A program made the translations under genes and the position numbers. The notes beneath the pieces were generated by a model. That model was given only the letters and a program-made list of their open reading frames with translations, did not search any database and had not been told where the DNA came from. DNA of 49,451 nucleotides, filler included, from Sphacelaria rigidula (Eukaryota), in NCBI GenBank assembly GCA_964200075.2. It is 3 parts of 3 records of this genome, joined end to end, with 100 filler letters (N's around TTAATTAATTAA, not from the genome) between each part and the next. Parts side by side here need not be neighbours in the genome. Positions count along the whole stretch, not along the records: positions 33,037 to 49,451 come from CAXNAA020001368.1; 2 more parts are not named here. One strand, given 5' to 3'. This document shows positions 47,835-49,451 of the stretch, one piece after another; position 1 is the stretch's first letter, and each line of letters opens with the position of its first letter.

Positions 47835-49451
47835 GTGTGCCTTGATCGATTTAATTGATGGATTGATTGGTTGATTCTTCCACATTACGTTATCCCCTAC
47901 GAGTCATGATCCGAAGACCCAGAGGTGGTCATTATCCACAAGATAGACGTACCCGCGGAAAACAAGAATGGAAACCCTTACTTGCTGAAGGAAAGTCGAG
48001 AAAGGGAAAATACGAGGGAAGAAGAAAAGAGCGAACGGAGAAAACAGAGGAAAACGAGAGACGACCGAAACAGGAGGAGAAAAAACTTGTATACACAATA
48101 TGTGGCACAAAAAACACGAGATAACTGAACACGATAACACTGTTCGATTTTGAAACAGTATACAACACGTACACATGAGTAAAATGAGGCCGTTTCCCAC
48201 GGTTCGTATTTCTCCCCAGTATTTTATCTGCATCTACTCTGCTGCCCTGAATCCCTTGAGTTTTCTTTTTCTCCTATTTTATTCGCTCCTCACTTCCCTC
48301 TTCTTTCCCTTTTTTGTTTCAGGTCCGCCATTTTTCCCTGTGCTTTGCTTTTGTTTACTTTTTTTTTTTGTCACGTCTTAGTCTACTATGTCGTCGTTCT
48401 GTTCGACTTTTTTTTCTTTCTGTTCCTTCTTTTCCTCAGCGAGTGCTTCAGTTTTTGGGTTGGGGTTGTTACGTCTATCATGAGACCACGACTGGACCCT
48501 TGGGGGGTCAATTGAAGTGCGACAATCAATCAAATCAATCGGATCAGTTTCGCAAAAATCTACGAGGAAAAAATACCGCTAGGGAATACAATCAGAAATG
48601 TTGACTATATATTACCGTTACAGGTATATATGCTCATGTATCATTTCACATTTTTCACCACTTTTGCCGAGTTATCCCTGGCGGCGAGGTATTTTCCCCC
48701 GCGCTTTCTTCTGCAGCGCACTGAGAAGGCTCAGCGGTACATTACCGTTCCGGTTTGGGTGTCATCTGATACCTGTGACGCGTGTTCTGGCCACCGAAAG
48801 TCGCTCAAACTGGCCCTTTTTCGCATGATGTCGACGCAAAAGCGTTTTCGAGACCTTAGAAAGCTTGAAACGAGAACCTGAACCACAAAAGCCTGTTGAA
48901 GATCATGGGAATCTTCAACCAGGATTTCTTTTTGCGGGATATTTTCCCCCCGTGTTTCTCTTTTTCACGTTCTCGTTCACTTGGGAGCACGAACACACCG
49001 GTTATGCAGCCAATGTCAGGAGAACATGAGAGCAAAGCAGTTGGAAACAGTTGAACATTTCCTCGGCTTTAGTCAGCAGCAAACACAAGACCGTGCAATG
49101 GGCCGTTGGCGACTTGAACAGGCACAACAGCACGGCAGCACAGAAAATTTTCGCCGCAAAAACAATCATCCCGTTTCCAAAAGAGGCCCAGTGATGTGAA
49201 AGCCAGGAATATTCCACGCATTTCAATTTTCGGGAGTGCCTCCCGCAGCCATGTCTTCGTAGCACGAGAGCTACTTCGCACTCTAGCACCTCGGGTATAC
49301 CACACATGGATGTCCTACGCGGGCGGTTTCGCCGTCGGCCTCCTAATTGCCATGTTTCCGAACGACATCCGATAACACATGCGATGTTTTGTACAGCCAC
49401 GATCACTACTGTACATTGAGATACAACAGCCTCTCTCTTAACCATATATTT

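Overview
This is eukaryotic genomic DNA. The long repeat-filled introns, short exons and stramenopile-like protein sequences suggest a brown alga (inference). It is not one locus. Two identical 100-bp synthetic linkers (N44-TTAATTAATTAA-N44) join three separate contigs of 16420, 16416 and 16415 bp, so gene neighbourhood across the linkers means nothing. Contig 1 holds a complete 4-exon ALG14 gene (- strand, 242 aa, with a predicted GC-AG intron) and a decayed full-length ~6 kb Ty3/gypsy LTR retrotransposon with a C-terminal chromodomain. Contig 2 holds a large low-complexity first exon of an unidentified gene (- strand) and the first two exons of PAM16/TIM16 (+ strand). Contig 3 holds three internal exons of the splicing factor SYF1/XAB2 (+ strand). 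The rest is tRNA-derived SINEs, MITE-type elements with terminal inverted repeats, a probable solo LTR, tandem repeats and two near-perfect short hairpins. I found no convincing novel multi-gene system. The best leads are the intronic hairpin in PAM16, the GC donor in ALG14, the unidentified gene and the asymmetric LTR divergence. All alignments and counts were done by eye.
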